In this document: positions 1-8,513 of the stretch, piece by piece
Layout of the letters: each line of letters begins with the position of its first letter
Numbering within the stretch: position 1 is the stretch's first letter
Origin: Anaerolineales bacterium UBA832
Lineage (GTDB): Bacteria > Chloroflexota > Anaerolineae > Anaerolineales > UBA11657
DNA length: 52,889 nt
Direction of reading: 5' to 3'
Assembly (NCBI GenBank): GCA_002296125.1
Contig: DBHI01000108.1
Span: forward strand, 1-52,889
The notes under the pieces: generated by a model
What the model was told of the DNA's origin: nothing
Seen by the model: only the letters and a program-made list of their open reading frames with translations
The model's database searches: none
Program-made: the position numbers and the translations under genes

Positions 1-1
1 T

Positions 2-1387
2 TTAAAGGTTAAAACTTATAATCCTGTTGAAAAATATAAATTAGGCGATGTATTGACATTTCCTGGTTCTAGACATTTTGATGGTGAAATTCAAAAAATT
101 AGACAAGGATACAATCCTAACTTTAGTGATTTTGAGGTTGTCGAAATTATTTGTTCGGACAATGTGACCCGTAGTTTTGTACATGGTATGCAAGAAGACT
201 TTTTTGTTGATTTGCAAATTAATGTTGATGAAAATTTGGAGAAATTAGCAAAACAAATTGTAGAAGAGTCTGGAATTGATATAGCCGATAAGATTGTTTC
301 TGGATTAGCAGAAGTTAGGGATCTTGTTTGTTTGTCAGATTTTTGGTTTTCATTGGATTTGTTACTGGAAATTGATGATGGTTATTTGAATTTGGTAGAG
401 GCAGTACTGGATATTGCTGATGGACAACCATTGTCTACTATAGAAATATTAGAAAGGATCGATTTTTCTGATAATAGTGATCAAGAGCTGCTTGTTTTTT
501 CCTTGAATTATGCACTAAATAATGACAATAGATTTGAAGACGTAGGTCTATCTGGTAAAGTATTGTGGTTTTTGACAAGAATGAAACCACCAGAACTTGC
601 TGAAGTGGACAATTATCTGTTATGTCAAAAAATAGATGTGTCAAATGAAAAATTGTCAAACAGTATGCAATCACTGGTTAATGTGTTGTCTGATGAATTT
701 AGTTTAACATCTAAACCACTAGATGAATTTGATAAAACTGCTTCTATTATTCTAATCTATCCTCATTTGAGAGCTGGTACATTACCATTGAATCAATCAA
801 CATCAATGATTTTTCCTTCTGCTTTAGTTTCTCCTCGTGTCAAAATGACTCTCATTGATAAACATACAGGTGCGAGCTATCCTGGATGGGTTATTCAAAA
901 AGATCGTTTTGTCTGGGGGTTAGAGCAGTTGTATCAGAAGTATGGTGTGGTTGCAGGTACTCGTATTTCTATAGAGGTTGGCAACAATTTAGATGAAGTC
1001 ACAATCAATATTAATAGACGTAAACCTGTGAAGGAGTGGGTGAAGACTTTAATTATTGATGATATGAAAATACAATTTGAAATGAAGAACAGAGAAATTG
1101 GAGTTGATTGTTTAGATGAGTCGCTCATATGTGTAGATGATATTAGTTTATTAGACAAATTTTGTCGTAGGATTTTGCAGGGTGAGTTTGCGCTAGAGGA
1201 TTTGGTGGATAAATGTTTTAGAGCTTTAAAAGTTTTGATGCCTCAGGGTAATGTACATGCTGTAACATTATATTGTGCGATCAATACTATTGTTCGTGTT
1301 GTACCGGAGACAGTGTTTACAATTTTAGAAAACAATTCGAATTATATTCACGTGGGTGATGCTTATTGGAGATATGAGGTTAATTAG
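2..1387 (+). CDS. hypothetical protein, 5'-truncated at window edge
   Basis: Frame 2 is open from nt 2, with no stop before the TTG at 53 that the ORF track uses, so the gene probably starts left of the window. Long ORF with coding-like composition. No family recognised. The segment EAVLDIADGQPLSTIEILERI looks winged-helix/HARE-HTH-like by eye only. Confidence 0.6.
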   Translation, partial: LKVKTYNPVEKYKLGDVLTFPGSRHFDGEIQKIRQGYNPNFSDFEVVEIICSDNVTRSFVHGMQEDFFVDLQINVDENLEKLAKQIVEESGIDIADKIVSGLAEVRDLVCLSDFWFSLDLLLEIDDGYLNLVEAVLDIADGQPLSTIEILERIDFSDNSDQELLVFSLNYALNNDNRFEDVGLSGKVLWFLTRMKPPELAEVDNYLLCQKIDVSNEKLSNSMQSLVNVLSDEFSLTSKPLDEFDKTASIILIYPHLRAGTLPLNQSTSMIFPSALVSPRVKMTLIDKHTGASYPGWVIQKDRFVWGLEQLYQKYGVVAGTRISIEVGNNLDEVTININRRKPVKEWVKTLIIDDMKIQFEMKNREIGVDCLDESLICVDDISLLDKFCRRILQGEFALEDLVDKCFRALKVLMPQGNVHAVTLYCAINTIVRVVPETVFTILENNSNYIHVGDAYWRYEVN

Positions 1388-1450
1388 ATATACTGAGGTT
1401 AGCGATATTATTGGTTCTAATTAAAAAGATTTTTTATACAAAAAGTTATT

Positions 1451-1858
1451 ATGAATACTGTTTACGAGATAAATTTTGATTGGTGGAGTACACGTATAGA
1501 TGAGTATGAAAATTATGTGTGGGATTTTTTGTGTGATCAACATAGACAAGAATTAGTTAATTTTGAAAGTTGTCGAGATACTGTTTTTGATTTAATTGAT
1601 GTTAATACCGGATTAGTATCTTCTGTAGGTGCAGTGGAATATTATATTAGGATGCATTGTTTCGATAGTAATTGTTCTATAAAAACTGGAATGACAATGA
1701 TAGACTCGATGTTTTTAGTGTTGTTTGCTAATGGCAATACTCCTATGACTGTTAAGCAGTTAGCTGCTCAAATTGGCCGTGACACTCAATCCAAAACTAT
1801 TTCTCGTATGTTTAGTGGTGGTAAAATACATAAAGGTATTACTTCGAGATCAAAGTGA
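1451..1858 (+). CDS. hypothetical protein (135 aa), possible C-terminal winged-helix
   Basis: ATG ORF whose TGA stop overlaps the GTG start of the next gene (GTGA at 1855-1858). The C-terminal segment NGNTPMTVKQLAAQIGRDTQSKTISRM is HTH-like. No family recognised. Confidence 0.55.
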   Translation: MNTVYEINFDWWSTRIDEYENYVWDFLCDQHRQELVNFESCRDTVFDLIDVNTGLVSSVGAVEYYIRMHCFDSNCSIKTGMTMIDSMFLVLFANGNTPMTVKQLAAQIGRDTQSKTISRMFSGGKIHKGITSRSK

Positions 1859-2106
1859 GTATTAATATAACAATCAAATTGTTTGCAATATTTCGTGATT
1901 TTCATCCTGGTCCTGATAAATCTCAGCCAATTATTATGACAGTAGAATACGGGACAAAGGTTAGCGATTTAGTTGATTTGTTGTGTTTGCCAAAAGATGT
2001 TTTGAGAAGTTGTTTTATTAACAATGAGTCTGTTGAGTTTGATGCAGTGTTGCAAGATTTAGATGTAGTGAGTTTGTTTCCTCCAGTTAGTGGTGGTGAT
2101 ATATAA
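1855..2106 (+). CDS. MoaD/ThiS-family ubiquitin-like sulfur-carrier protein with a 2-residue extension after the C-terminal GG
   Basis: 83 aa. N-terminus I-T-I-K-L-F-A-I-F-R. The C-terminus ...DVVSLFPPVSGGDI* carries the classic MoaD-type PPVSGG tail plus DI. GTG start is coupled to the upstream stop. Confidence 0.7.
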   Translation: MSINITIKLFAIFRDFHPGPDKSQPIIMTVEYGTKVSDLVDLLCLPKDVLRSCFINNESVEFDAVLQDLDVVSLFPPVSGGDI

Positions 2107-2170
2107 CATAGGATAGCTTTATGTATTTGGCATATTGATTGCACCACTTCACATATGGAGGTTGTAAATT

Positions 2171-2347
2171 ATGGCAGACTATCTTGATTTTCCAGATATA
2201 TTTTCTAGGTTTCCTAATTGGTCATTCATCTTAGTATTGATCGGAGTATTTGGAATAGTAATTAAGTTATTTCTAAAATCCGTTAAGGCGGTTATTACTC
2301 TTGCTTTTTGTTTGTTGATGGTATATCTATTAGTGAATTTGTTTTGA
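2171..2347 (+). CDS. small membrane protein (58 aa), below the ORF-track cutoff
   Basis: GGAGG at 2157-2161 lies 9 nt before ATG 2171. The translation MADYLDFPDIFSRFPNWSFILVLIGVFGIVIKLFLKSVKAVITLAFCLLMVYLLVNLF has two hydrophobic helices. Stop TGA at 2345-2347. Confidence 0.45.
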   Translation: MADYLDFPDIFSRFPNWSFILVLIGVFGIVIKLFLKSVKAVITLAFCLLMVYLLVNLF

Positions 2348-2373
2348 TTCTATATATATATCATATTGTAGGG

Positions 2374-4395
2374 TTATTGATTTAAAGCTTCTTCACTAAA
2401 CACAAACTGGTTGCCATTTGTTTCTTCTATCATATACCAAGAATTTTTGGCTTGTAGTACATATGGTTTATCATTAGTATATTCGAATTCTCGAGCACAG
2501 TTATGAAATAGACTGCCATCTAGAATCTTTTCAGGATCTAGCTTTTCAAGCTCAACAAGAATTTGCATAGCAGCAGCACCGGTTTTGTCTATGCCGCCTT
2601 GATAGATATTAGTACCTTCTTCTCTGGAGGCATTAACAGCGTTGCGTAGGATTCTATTGATTGGATCAAAAGCTCCAGTGAGTTCCGCTACTACATGTTT
2701 AGCGAAATAGTCTGCTCCTCCTTCGACCAGCCAGGGAGTATTAGTTTCTTCACGACCCAAGCTTTCTTCGAGTTGCCTACAGGATTCGTCCATTAGATCT
2801 TGTTGTAACCCATGATAAAGCTCATGTATGAAAAAGTCTTGTAAATTTATTGGGTACGTGGGATTATTAGTGTCTCTCATGTCAGGTGGTAGGCCCATCA
2901 GGATTAGTCTAGATGCTGGACATATAGTAATTTGAGTTGATGCGTCAGCACCTCTGCTAAGCCAATCACGGTACATTTCTATTTCTTCATAATATCGTAC
3001 TGGGTCATCCACAATACAGGATTGATCACTAAGCCATGTTTCTATTTCATTCATGAGATAATCAATTTCATCGGGTGTAATTACTACTTTCATTGTCGCG
3101 AATGGGTGAGAGAAACCTCCTTCTTTTATAAATTCTCCGACTGGCCATAATACCATCAGGATGTCTGCTCTCCTATTAGCCATTTTAGCCTCTGAATATG
3201 AAGCCCATTCTTTCATTAAGTCAGTACTAAATTCACTGATATTTACTATTTCTATTGCACTAGGACCATAATTTGTGATTGGCGTAGGACTGTATTCTTG
3301 TTTTTGTGACTGGTATTCGTTTGAATCGACTTCTGGTAGGTTTACTGAATTGAGTATATTTTGAAGTTGTTTCAAATGCGCTTCGAAGTCACCTTCTGGT
3401 CCTGAAGTAGCTTCAAAAATTATTATGCCTGTTTGTTCATTACCAATGATTACACGCGCTTGTTGGGATTCATCTCTAAGATTACCTATACTTATATATC
3501 CTGACAGCTCATTTAATGGGTCGCGAGATTCTTCCTTGTATTCATCAGGTTCAGTGAAAAAGTCTTGTATGAAGGACTCTAGTTCTCGTATGGGTATGTC
3601 TGTAGTCGCAATCATTAGATCACCCATTGGTCCTCGGAGTTCTGTGTCGTGTTTGTGTTGGACTTTATTCCAATTGGATGGATAATTAAAAGACAAACCT
3701 GTTTTAGGGTCTGTATAAATAGTAGTATCACTGTTCTCAGGTATTGTTTTTGTCAGAATGCTTTCAGAATCTTTTTTGTTGGGATCATTGGAACCATCAA
3801 ATAATGAGGTATTTTTCAGGTTTAGAGAATCAATAATGATCTGAAAGTGTTTCAAATGTTTTTCGAAATTATCTTCTGGGCCTGTGGTTGCTTCTAAGAG
3901 TATGAGGCCAGCTTTTTCGTTTCCAACAATTACTCGCGCATGTTTAGCTCCATCACGGAGACTACCTATACTCATGTATCCTGATGGATCTTGTATAGTT
4001 CTACGAGACTCTTCTTGGTAGTTAGACTCTGAGAAATATTGATTAGCGAATTGATCTAGTTCATGAAAGTTTTCGTATAAAACTTCGAAAATTACATCGC
4101 CTACTGGTCCACGTAATTCTACATAATTTTCACGTGTCAATTCTTGCCAATTTTCAGGATACATAATTGATATTTTCGATTTGTAATCCGTATAAATCGC
4201 ATATTTGATTTCATCATTATCTGTTTTAATATCTTCAGTTTCTACAACAGTATCAATTGATTTAGTATGCTCTATTGATTTAGTTTCTTTTTCAACTGAT
4301 TCATTTGTTGTTACTGAATCTTCACTATTACATGATGACAATAGTAGACTGAAAATGAATAGACAAATTAAATAATTTTCCTTCAAATATTTCAT
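2374..4395 (-). CDS. secreted lipoprotein: two tandem ~130-aa domains plus a C-terminal MA-clan (HExxH) metallopeptidase-like domain
   Basis: The likely start is the internal ATG at 4395 (MKYLKENYLICLFIFSLLLSSC), which gives a signal peptide with lipobox LLSSC. Two homologous domains lie at 3811-4203 and 3331-3726. HELYH is encoded at 2812-2826, followed by WLVEGGADYF (Peptidase_MA_2-like pattern). Confidence 0.75.
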   Translation of the reverse strand: MKYLKENYLICLFIFSLLLSSCNSEDSVTTNESVEKETKSIEHTKSIDTVVETEDIKTDNDEIKYAIYTDYKSKISIMYPENWQELTRENYVELRGPVGDVIFEVLYENFHELDQFANQYFSESNYQEESRRTIQDPSGYMSIGSLRDGAKHARVIVGNEKAGLILLEATTGPEDNFEKHLKHFQIIIDSLNLKNTSLFDGSNDPNKKDSESILTKTIPENSDTTIYTDPKTGLSFNYPSNWNKVQHKHDTELRGPMGDLMIATTDIPIRELESFIQDFFTEPDEYKEESRDPLNELSGYISIGNLRDESQQARVIIGNEQTGIIIFEATSGPEGDFEAHLKQLQNILNSVNLPEVDSNEYQSQKQEYSPTPITNYGPSAIEIVNISEFSTDLMKEWASYSEAKMANRRADILMVLWPVGEFIKEGGFSHPFATMKVVITPDEIDYLMNEIETWLSDQSCIVDDPVRYYEEIEMYRDWLSRGADASTQITICPASRLILMGLPPDMRDTNNPTYPINLQDFFIHELYHGLQQDLMDESCRQLEESLGREETNTPWLVEGGADYFAKHVVAELTGAFDPINRILRNAVNASREEGTNIYQGGIDKTGAAAMQILVELEKLDPEKILDGSLFHNCAREFEYTNDKPYVLQAKNSWYMIEETNGNQFVFSEEALNQ

Positions 4396-4755
4396 ATTAA
4401 AATTAGTACTTGTACTTGATCTTCTTATTCTTATATTATTGTACACAAACTTAATATTCATACTTTCATAAATATTAAGAATCTTTAACATATGTTTAAT
4501 GTTGATTTATTCGTAGTTGCTGTATACTTTTTGCATGTTTACTAAACAATTATCTAATATTTTGATCTCCTTCATTATCACTGATGTTGATAAACAGTCA
4601 GTAGATAGTGATAGAGTATTGGGAATTCATGTTCCCAACTTTTCCTCGTTGGTATCCTCGTTTTTGTTGAAATTGTTAATTGTTGTTGTAGGTCTTAGTA
4701 TAGTTATGTAACTATAAACTATAAATCAAAAAAACATACTTTAGGAGGGTATGGC

Positions 4756-4779
4756 ATCCGCTATAAGGCGGATTTTTTT
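4756..4779 (+). terminator. rho-independent-type terminator hairpin (atccgc-tataag-gcggat followed by T7)
   Basis: A 6-bp GC-rich stem (4756-4761 / 4768-4773) is followed directly by a 7-T run (4773-4779) on the + strand only. The minus-strand reading has no adjacent T-tract. Confidence 0.5.
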
Positions 4780-4932
4780 GTTAATATATTTTCATTACTA
4801 ATATACGTATTGTGTCAATATTATGTGCTTTTATAATACGATGGTAATCCTGATTGATAAGACTGTTTTTTATTTTATAGAGTACAATAATTCAAGGCGG
4901 TAGGAAATCATATTGATTTGTTAGGAGGATTT

Positions 4933-5085
4933 ATGATAGATAAGGACAAAAAAAAGTTGCTTGATGAGAGTTTAGATATTGATAATGAAGATCAGGATTG
5001 GGAAGAAGCGGAGCTTGATGAACATACAGAGAGTTATTCAGAAGATGAACAACATCAATACAGAAGGGCTTTAGATGATAGTTAA
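4933..5085 (+). CDS. small highly acidic protein (50 aa), below the ORF-track cutoff
   Basis: AGGAGG at 4923-4928 lies 4 nt before ATG 4933. Translation is MIDKDKKKLLDESLDIDNEDQDWEEAELDEHTESYSEDEQHQYRRALDDS. The same short SD spacing occurs at the gene starting 41755. Confidence 0.45.
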   Translation: MIDKDKKKLLDESLDIDNEDQDWEEAELDEHTESYSEDEQHQYRRALDDS

Positions 5086-5124
5086 TGGGTGATTATTTGC
5101 TTGTATCTATTAAGATTTTGCAAT

Positions 5125-5153
5125 GTTACAAAAAATGTGTAAATTGATATACT
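5125..5153 (+). promoter_or_regulatory. candidate sigma70-type promoter (GTTACA-17 nt-TATACT with TG extension)
   Basis: -35-like GTTACA at 5125-5130, TG at 5145-5146, -10 TATACT at 5148-5153, upstream of the aminotransferase gene. AT-rich background makes chance matches likely. Confidence 0.35.
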
Positions 5154-5188
5154 AAATCTTTAGATTGTCTATCAATATTGGTGTAATT

Positions 5189-6499
5189 ATGAGCCTTTTT
5201 TCTGAAAATATTTTGTCTCTTGGTACTGAGAATGCTTTTAAAATGGGTCAGCATATTCTTAAAGCAGAAGATAAATTGGGGTCAGTTACTAAGTTGAATT
5301 TGGGAGAACCTGATTTTCCTTTGCCTATCCATATTAAGGATGAGATTAAACGACAGCTAGAAGCAAACAATACTCATTATTGTGATCCAAAAGGTTTGTT
5401 AACGTTAAGAGAGGCTGTCGCGGAAAATGTTTCTCAAACACGAAAATTGGATGTTGATCCTGAGAGAGTTGTAGTTTTTCCAGGAGCTAAACCATCGATT
5501 GGTTTTGTACAGCAAGCATATTGTTCTAAGGGTGATGAAGTTATTTATCCTAGTCCTGGTTTTCCAATATATGAATCGTTTATTAAGTATGTAGGTGCTA
5601 CACCAGTACCTATGCATTTGCATGAAAGTAACGGTTTTGTTTGGTGTCCAGAAAAATTCGCATCACTAATCACTCCAAATACTAAGATTATATATTTGAA
5701 TTCTCCCTCCAACCCTACTGGTACAGTATTGTCATACGAACAAATAGAAGAAATTGCTGAAATAATTTGTAGACTTTGTTCGAAAGAGGTTAGAGTATAT
5801 TCTGATGAAATTTACGAGAAAATTTTATTTGATGATAATGAACATGTGTCTATTGCATCAATGCCAGGATTAGAGGATAGAACAATTATTTCAAGTGGAT
5901 TTTCAAAAACTTATGCCTGGACTGGTGGTAGGATTGGTTATGCTGTATTTCCTACGACAAAAGAAGCTGAGGTATTTAAAAATTTGAATATCAATTATTT
6001 TTCATGTGTTAGTCCTTATAATCAAGAGGCAGCTAGAGTTGCTATCAATAGTCATTTGTCAGAAAAATATGTGTCTGAAATGGTATCTATATTCCAAAAA
6101 AGGAGGGATATTATTTGGGATATTTTTGCTGGATTAAATGGTGTTTCCTGCAATAAACCAGGTGGTGCATTTTATCTTTTTCCAAATATTGGTGACGTTT
6201 GTGAGGATTTAGGCATTCTTGATTATTATGAACATATGTTTAAAGTTGATAGATCTTGTATGTCACCATCTGGATTATTTCAAAATTTTGCACTTTATCA
6301 TCATGGTGTAGCAGTTTTGGACAGATCTTCATTTGGTCAATTAGGTTCTGATAATGAGCATTTTATACGGGTGTCGATTGCAGCTGATTTACAGGTTTTG
6401 GAAGAAGGTATAGATAAACTGTCGAATGCTATGGTGGACAAGAACGGCATGAATATTTTTTTAGATGAGCGTCCTGATTGTAATTTGTTTCCAGAGTAA
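5189..6499 (+). CDS. pyridoxal-phosphate-dependent aminotransferase, class I/II (AspC family)
   Basis: LNLGEPDFP near the N-terminus and the PLP-lysine motif SGFSKTYAWTGGRIGY. I took the start as ATG 5189 (MSLFSENIL...) rather than TTG 5165. Confidence 0.85.
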   Translation: MSLFSENILSLGTENAFKMGQHILKAEDKLGSVTKLNLGEPDFPLPIHIKDEIKRQLEANNTHYCDPKGLLTLREAVAENVSQTRKLDVDPERVVVFPGAKPSIGFVQQAYCSKGDEVIYPSPGFPIYESFIKYVGATPVPMHLHESNGFVWCPEKFASLITPNTKIIYLNSPSNPTGTVLSYEQIEEIAEIICRLCSKEVRVYSDEIYEKILFDDNEHVSIASMPGLEDRTIISSGFSKTYAWTGGRIGYAVFPTTKEAEVFKNLNINYFSCVSPYNQEAARVAINSHLSEKYVSEMVSIFQKRRDIIWDIFAGLNGVSCNKPGGAFYLFPNIGDVCEDLGILDYYEHMFKVDRSCMSPSGLFQNFALYHHGVAVLDRSSFGQLGSDNEHFIRVSIAADLQVLEEGIDKLSNAMVDKNGMNIFLDERPDCNLFPE

Positions 6500-6634
6500 T
6501 CTGTAGGGCAGAATACTTTGGAATAGTGGAAGTATTGTTGGTGTAATGTTTGTTTATATTTGCAAATGAATAAATTTATTTTTGGTGTAGAATAGTATAG
6601 TGAGTAGAGTATAATTATTGAAGTGTGTAAAGTG

Positions 6635-7948
6635 ATGTCAGAACAAAATTTTGGCTTTGATACGAGGCAAGTACATGCGGGCGCCCGTCCTGATCCGTAT
6701 ACTGGTGCTCGGGCTGTACCTATTTTCCAGACAACAAGTTATGTGTTTGAGGATGCAGAGTCTGCTGCTTCTTATTTTGATTTGAAAGAATATGGAAATA
6801 CATATTCTCGTATCATGAATCCTACTGTGGCTGCTTTTGAGGAGAGAATTGCTAGTTTGGAAGGAGGTTGTGGTGCAGTAGCTTTTGCTAGTGGTATTGC
6901 GGCACAATCAGCTGCTTTGTTTACTACGTTAGAGCCTGGTGATCATATTGTGTCATCATCAGTCATTTATGGGGGTACTGTCAATCAGTTTAATAACCAA
7001 CTGGGTAAAATGTCTGTTGAGGTGAGCTGGGTTGATCCTGATGATTTAGATGCTTGGAAAGAAGCAATTCAAGATAATACTAAATTGTTTTATGGTGAAA
7101 CTATCGGCAATCCGGCAGGAAGTATTTTGGACATTGAGACAATTGCTAGTATTGCGCATGATGCTGACATACCGTTGATGGTTGACAATACGTTTGCCAC
7201 GCCTTATTTGTGTAGACCAATTGAGTGGGGTGCTGATATTGTTGTTCATTCTGCCACTAAGTTTATTGGTGGTCATGGTACTAGTATTGGGGGTGTGGTA
7301 ATTGAATCTGGGAAATTTAACTGGTCTAATGGTAAATTTCCAATTATTTCAGAGCCATCTAGAGCTTATCATGGTCTCAAATTTCATGATACGTTTGGCA
7401 TGTATGGTTATTTAATGAAGTTACGTGCAGAAACATTGCGTGATTTAGGTGCATCTATGAGTCCAATGAATGCGTTTTTGTTTTTGCAAGGCTTAGAAAC
7501 TTTATCGCTTCGAATGGATCGACATGTTCATAATGCTCAAACAATTGCTAAATATTTAAACAATTGTGATGTAGTAAGAGATGTTAGATACCCTGGAACT
7601 GAAGGTAGCAAATATAAACCTTTAGTGGAAAAGTATTTACCTAAAGGTGCTGGAGCAATATTTTCATTTGATCTAAAGGGAGGCCGTAATGCTGGAAAGG
7701 AGTTTATCAGTCAATTAACTCTTTTGTCACATTTGGCTAATGTAGGAGATACAAAGAGTTTGATTATTCATCCTGCTAGTACTACTCATCGACAATTAAG
7801 TGATGAAGAACTTGCAGCTTCAGGAATAGATCAAGGTACAATTAGATTATCAGTTGGTATTGAAAATGTTGAAGACCTTATTTGGGATTTAAAGAAAGGT
7901 ATTACTAGAGTGACAGATATGAATAATGACGGCAATTATGAATCTTAA
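6635..7948 (+). CDS. metY: O-acetylhomoserine aminocarboxypropyltransferase / sulfhydrylase
   Basis: N-terminus FGFDTRQVHAGARPDPYTGARAVPIFQTTSYVF, NPT motif, SATKFIGGHG PLP-lysine motif, C-terminal IRLSVGIE. These are typical of MetY/Cys-Met metabolism PLP enzymes. ATG 6635 is preferred, but GTG 6623 is possible. Confidence 0.9.
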   Translation: MSEQNFGFDTRQVHAGARPDPYTGARAVPIFQTTSYVFEDAESAASYFDLKEYGNTYSRIMNPTVAAFEERIASLEGGCGAVAFASGIAAQSAALFTTLEPGDHIVSSSVIYGGTVNQFNNQLGKMSVEVSWVDPDDLDAWKEAIQDNTKLFYGETIGNPAGSILDIETIASIAHDADIPLMVDNTFATPYLCRPIEWGADIVVHSATKFIGGHGTSIGGVVIESGKFNWSNGKFPIISEPSRAYHGLKFHDTFGMYGYLMKLRAETLRDLGASMSPMNAFLFLQGLETLSLRMDRHVHNAQTIAKYLNNCDVVRDVRYPGTEGSKYKPLVEKYLPKGAGAIFSFDLKGGRNAGKEFISQLTLLSHLANVGDTKSLIIHPASTTHRQLSDEELAASGIDQGTIRLSVGIENVEDLIWDLKKGITRVTDMNNDGNYES

Positions 7949-8429
7949 ATTTGATGTATCAAAATATCAGGATAAATGTATTATTCAAAAAGTTCTTCAT
8001 CACGCTAAAATCATAGCTGTTGTAGGTCTTTCGAGTAATGTTTTAAGAGCAAGTTATTTTGTTGCTGCATATCTTCAGAAGAATGGTTACAGAATTATTC
8101 CAGTCAATCCTCGTGAAACGGAAATATTAGGTGAGAAGTGTTATGCATCTTTGGTTGATGTTCCAATAGCTATCGATGTAGTCAATGTTTTTCGGGCTCC
8201 AGATTTCTTGCCTGATATAGCTGCGGATTCTGTAAAAATTGGTGCAAAAAATTTGTGGTGTCAATATACTGTTGTCAATAAATTAGGTGGTCAGATTGCA
8301 GAAAAAGCAGGTTTGTCAGTTGTAATGGATTTGTGTATGAAAGTTGAACATGCACGCTATATGGGAAGGATGCATTGGTTAGGATTTAATACTAATCGTA
8401 TTACTTCATTACGTGGTCCAGTGAAATAA
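7926..8429 (+). CDS. CoA-binding domain protein (YccU/YneT-like)
   Basis: IAVVGLSSN..RASYFVAAYLQKNGYRIIPVNP...VNVFR is the CoA-binding Rossmann-like pattern. It overlaps the metY 3' end by 23 nt. Confidence 0.8.
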   Translation: MTAIMNLKFDVSKYQDKCIIQKVLHHAKIIAVVGLSSNVLRASYFVAAYLQKNGYRIIPVNPRETEILGEKCYASLVDVPIAIDVVNVFRAPDFLPDIAADSVKIGAKNLWCQYTVVNKLGGQIAEKAGLSVVMDLCMKVEHARYMGRMHWLGFNTNRITSLRGPVK

Positions 8430-8513
8430 AATTTTTTGCCCATGTATTTGTTACTAATTGTTGGTTGATTAATTGTATTTACTTAGAAATGTTAGACAAA
8501 GTATATATTTAAT

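Noticed and set aside
4396-4491. 32-codon N-terminal extension of the lipoprotein ORF (track start 4491)
   Set aside because: The internal ATG at 4395 gives a textbook signal peptide plus lipobox (MKYLKENYLICLFIFSLLLSSC). The upstream extension (MLKILNIYESMNIKFVYNNIRIRR...) would bury it.
6512-6536. 7-bp AT-rich hairpin (aatactt/aagtatt) after the aminotransferase gene as a terminator
   Set aside because: The stem is short and AT-rich, and no T-tract follows. It cannot be told apart from chance complementarity in AT-rich DNA.
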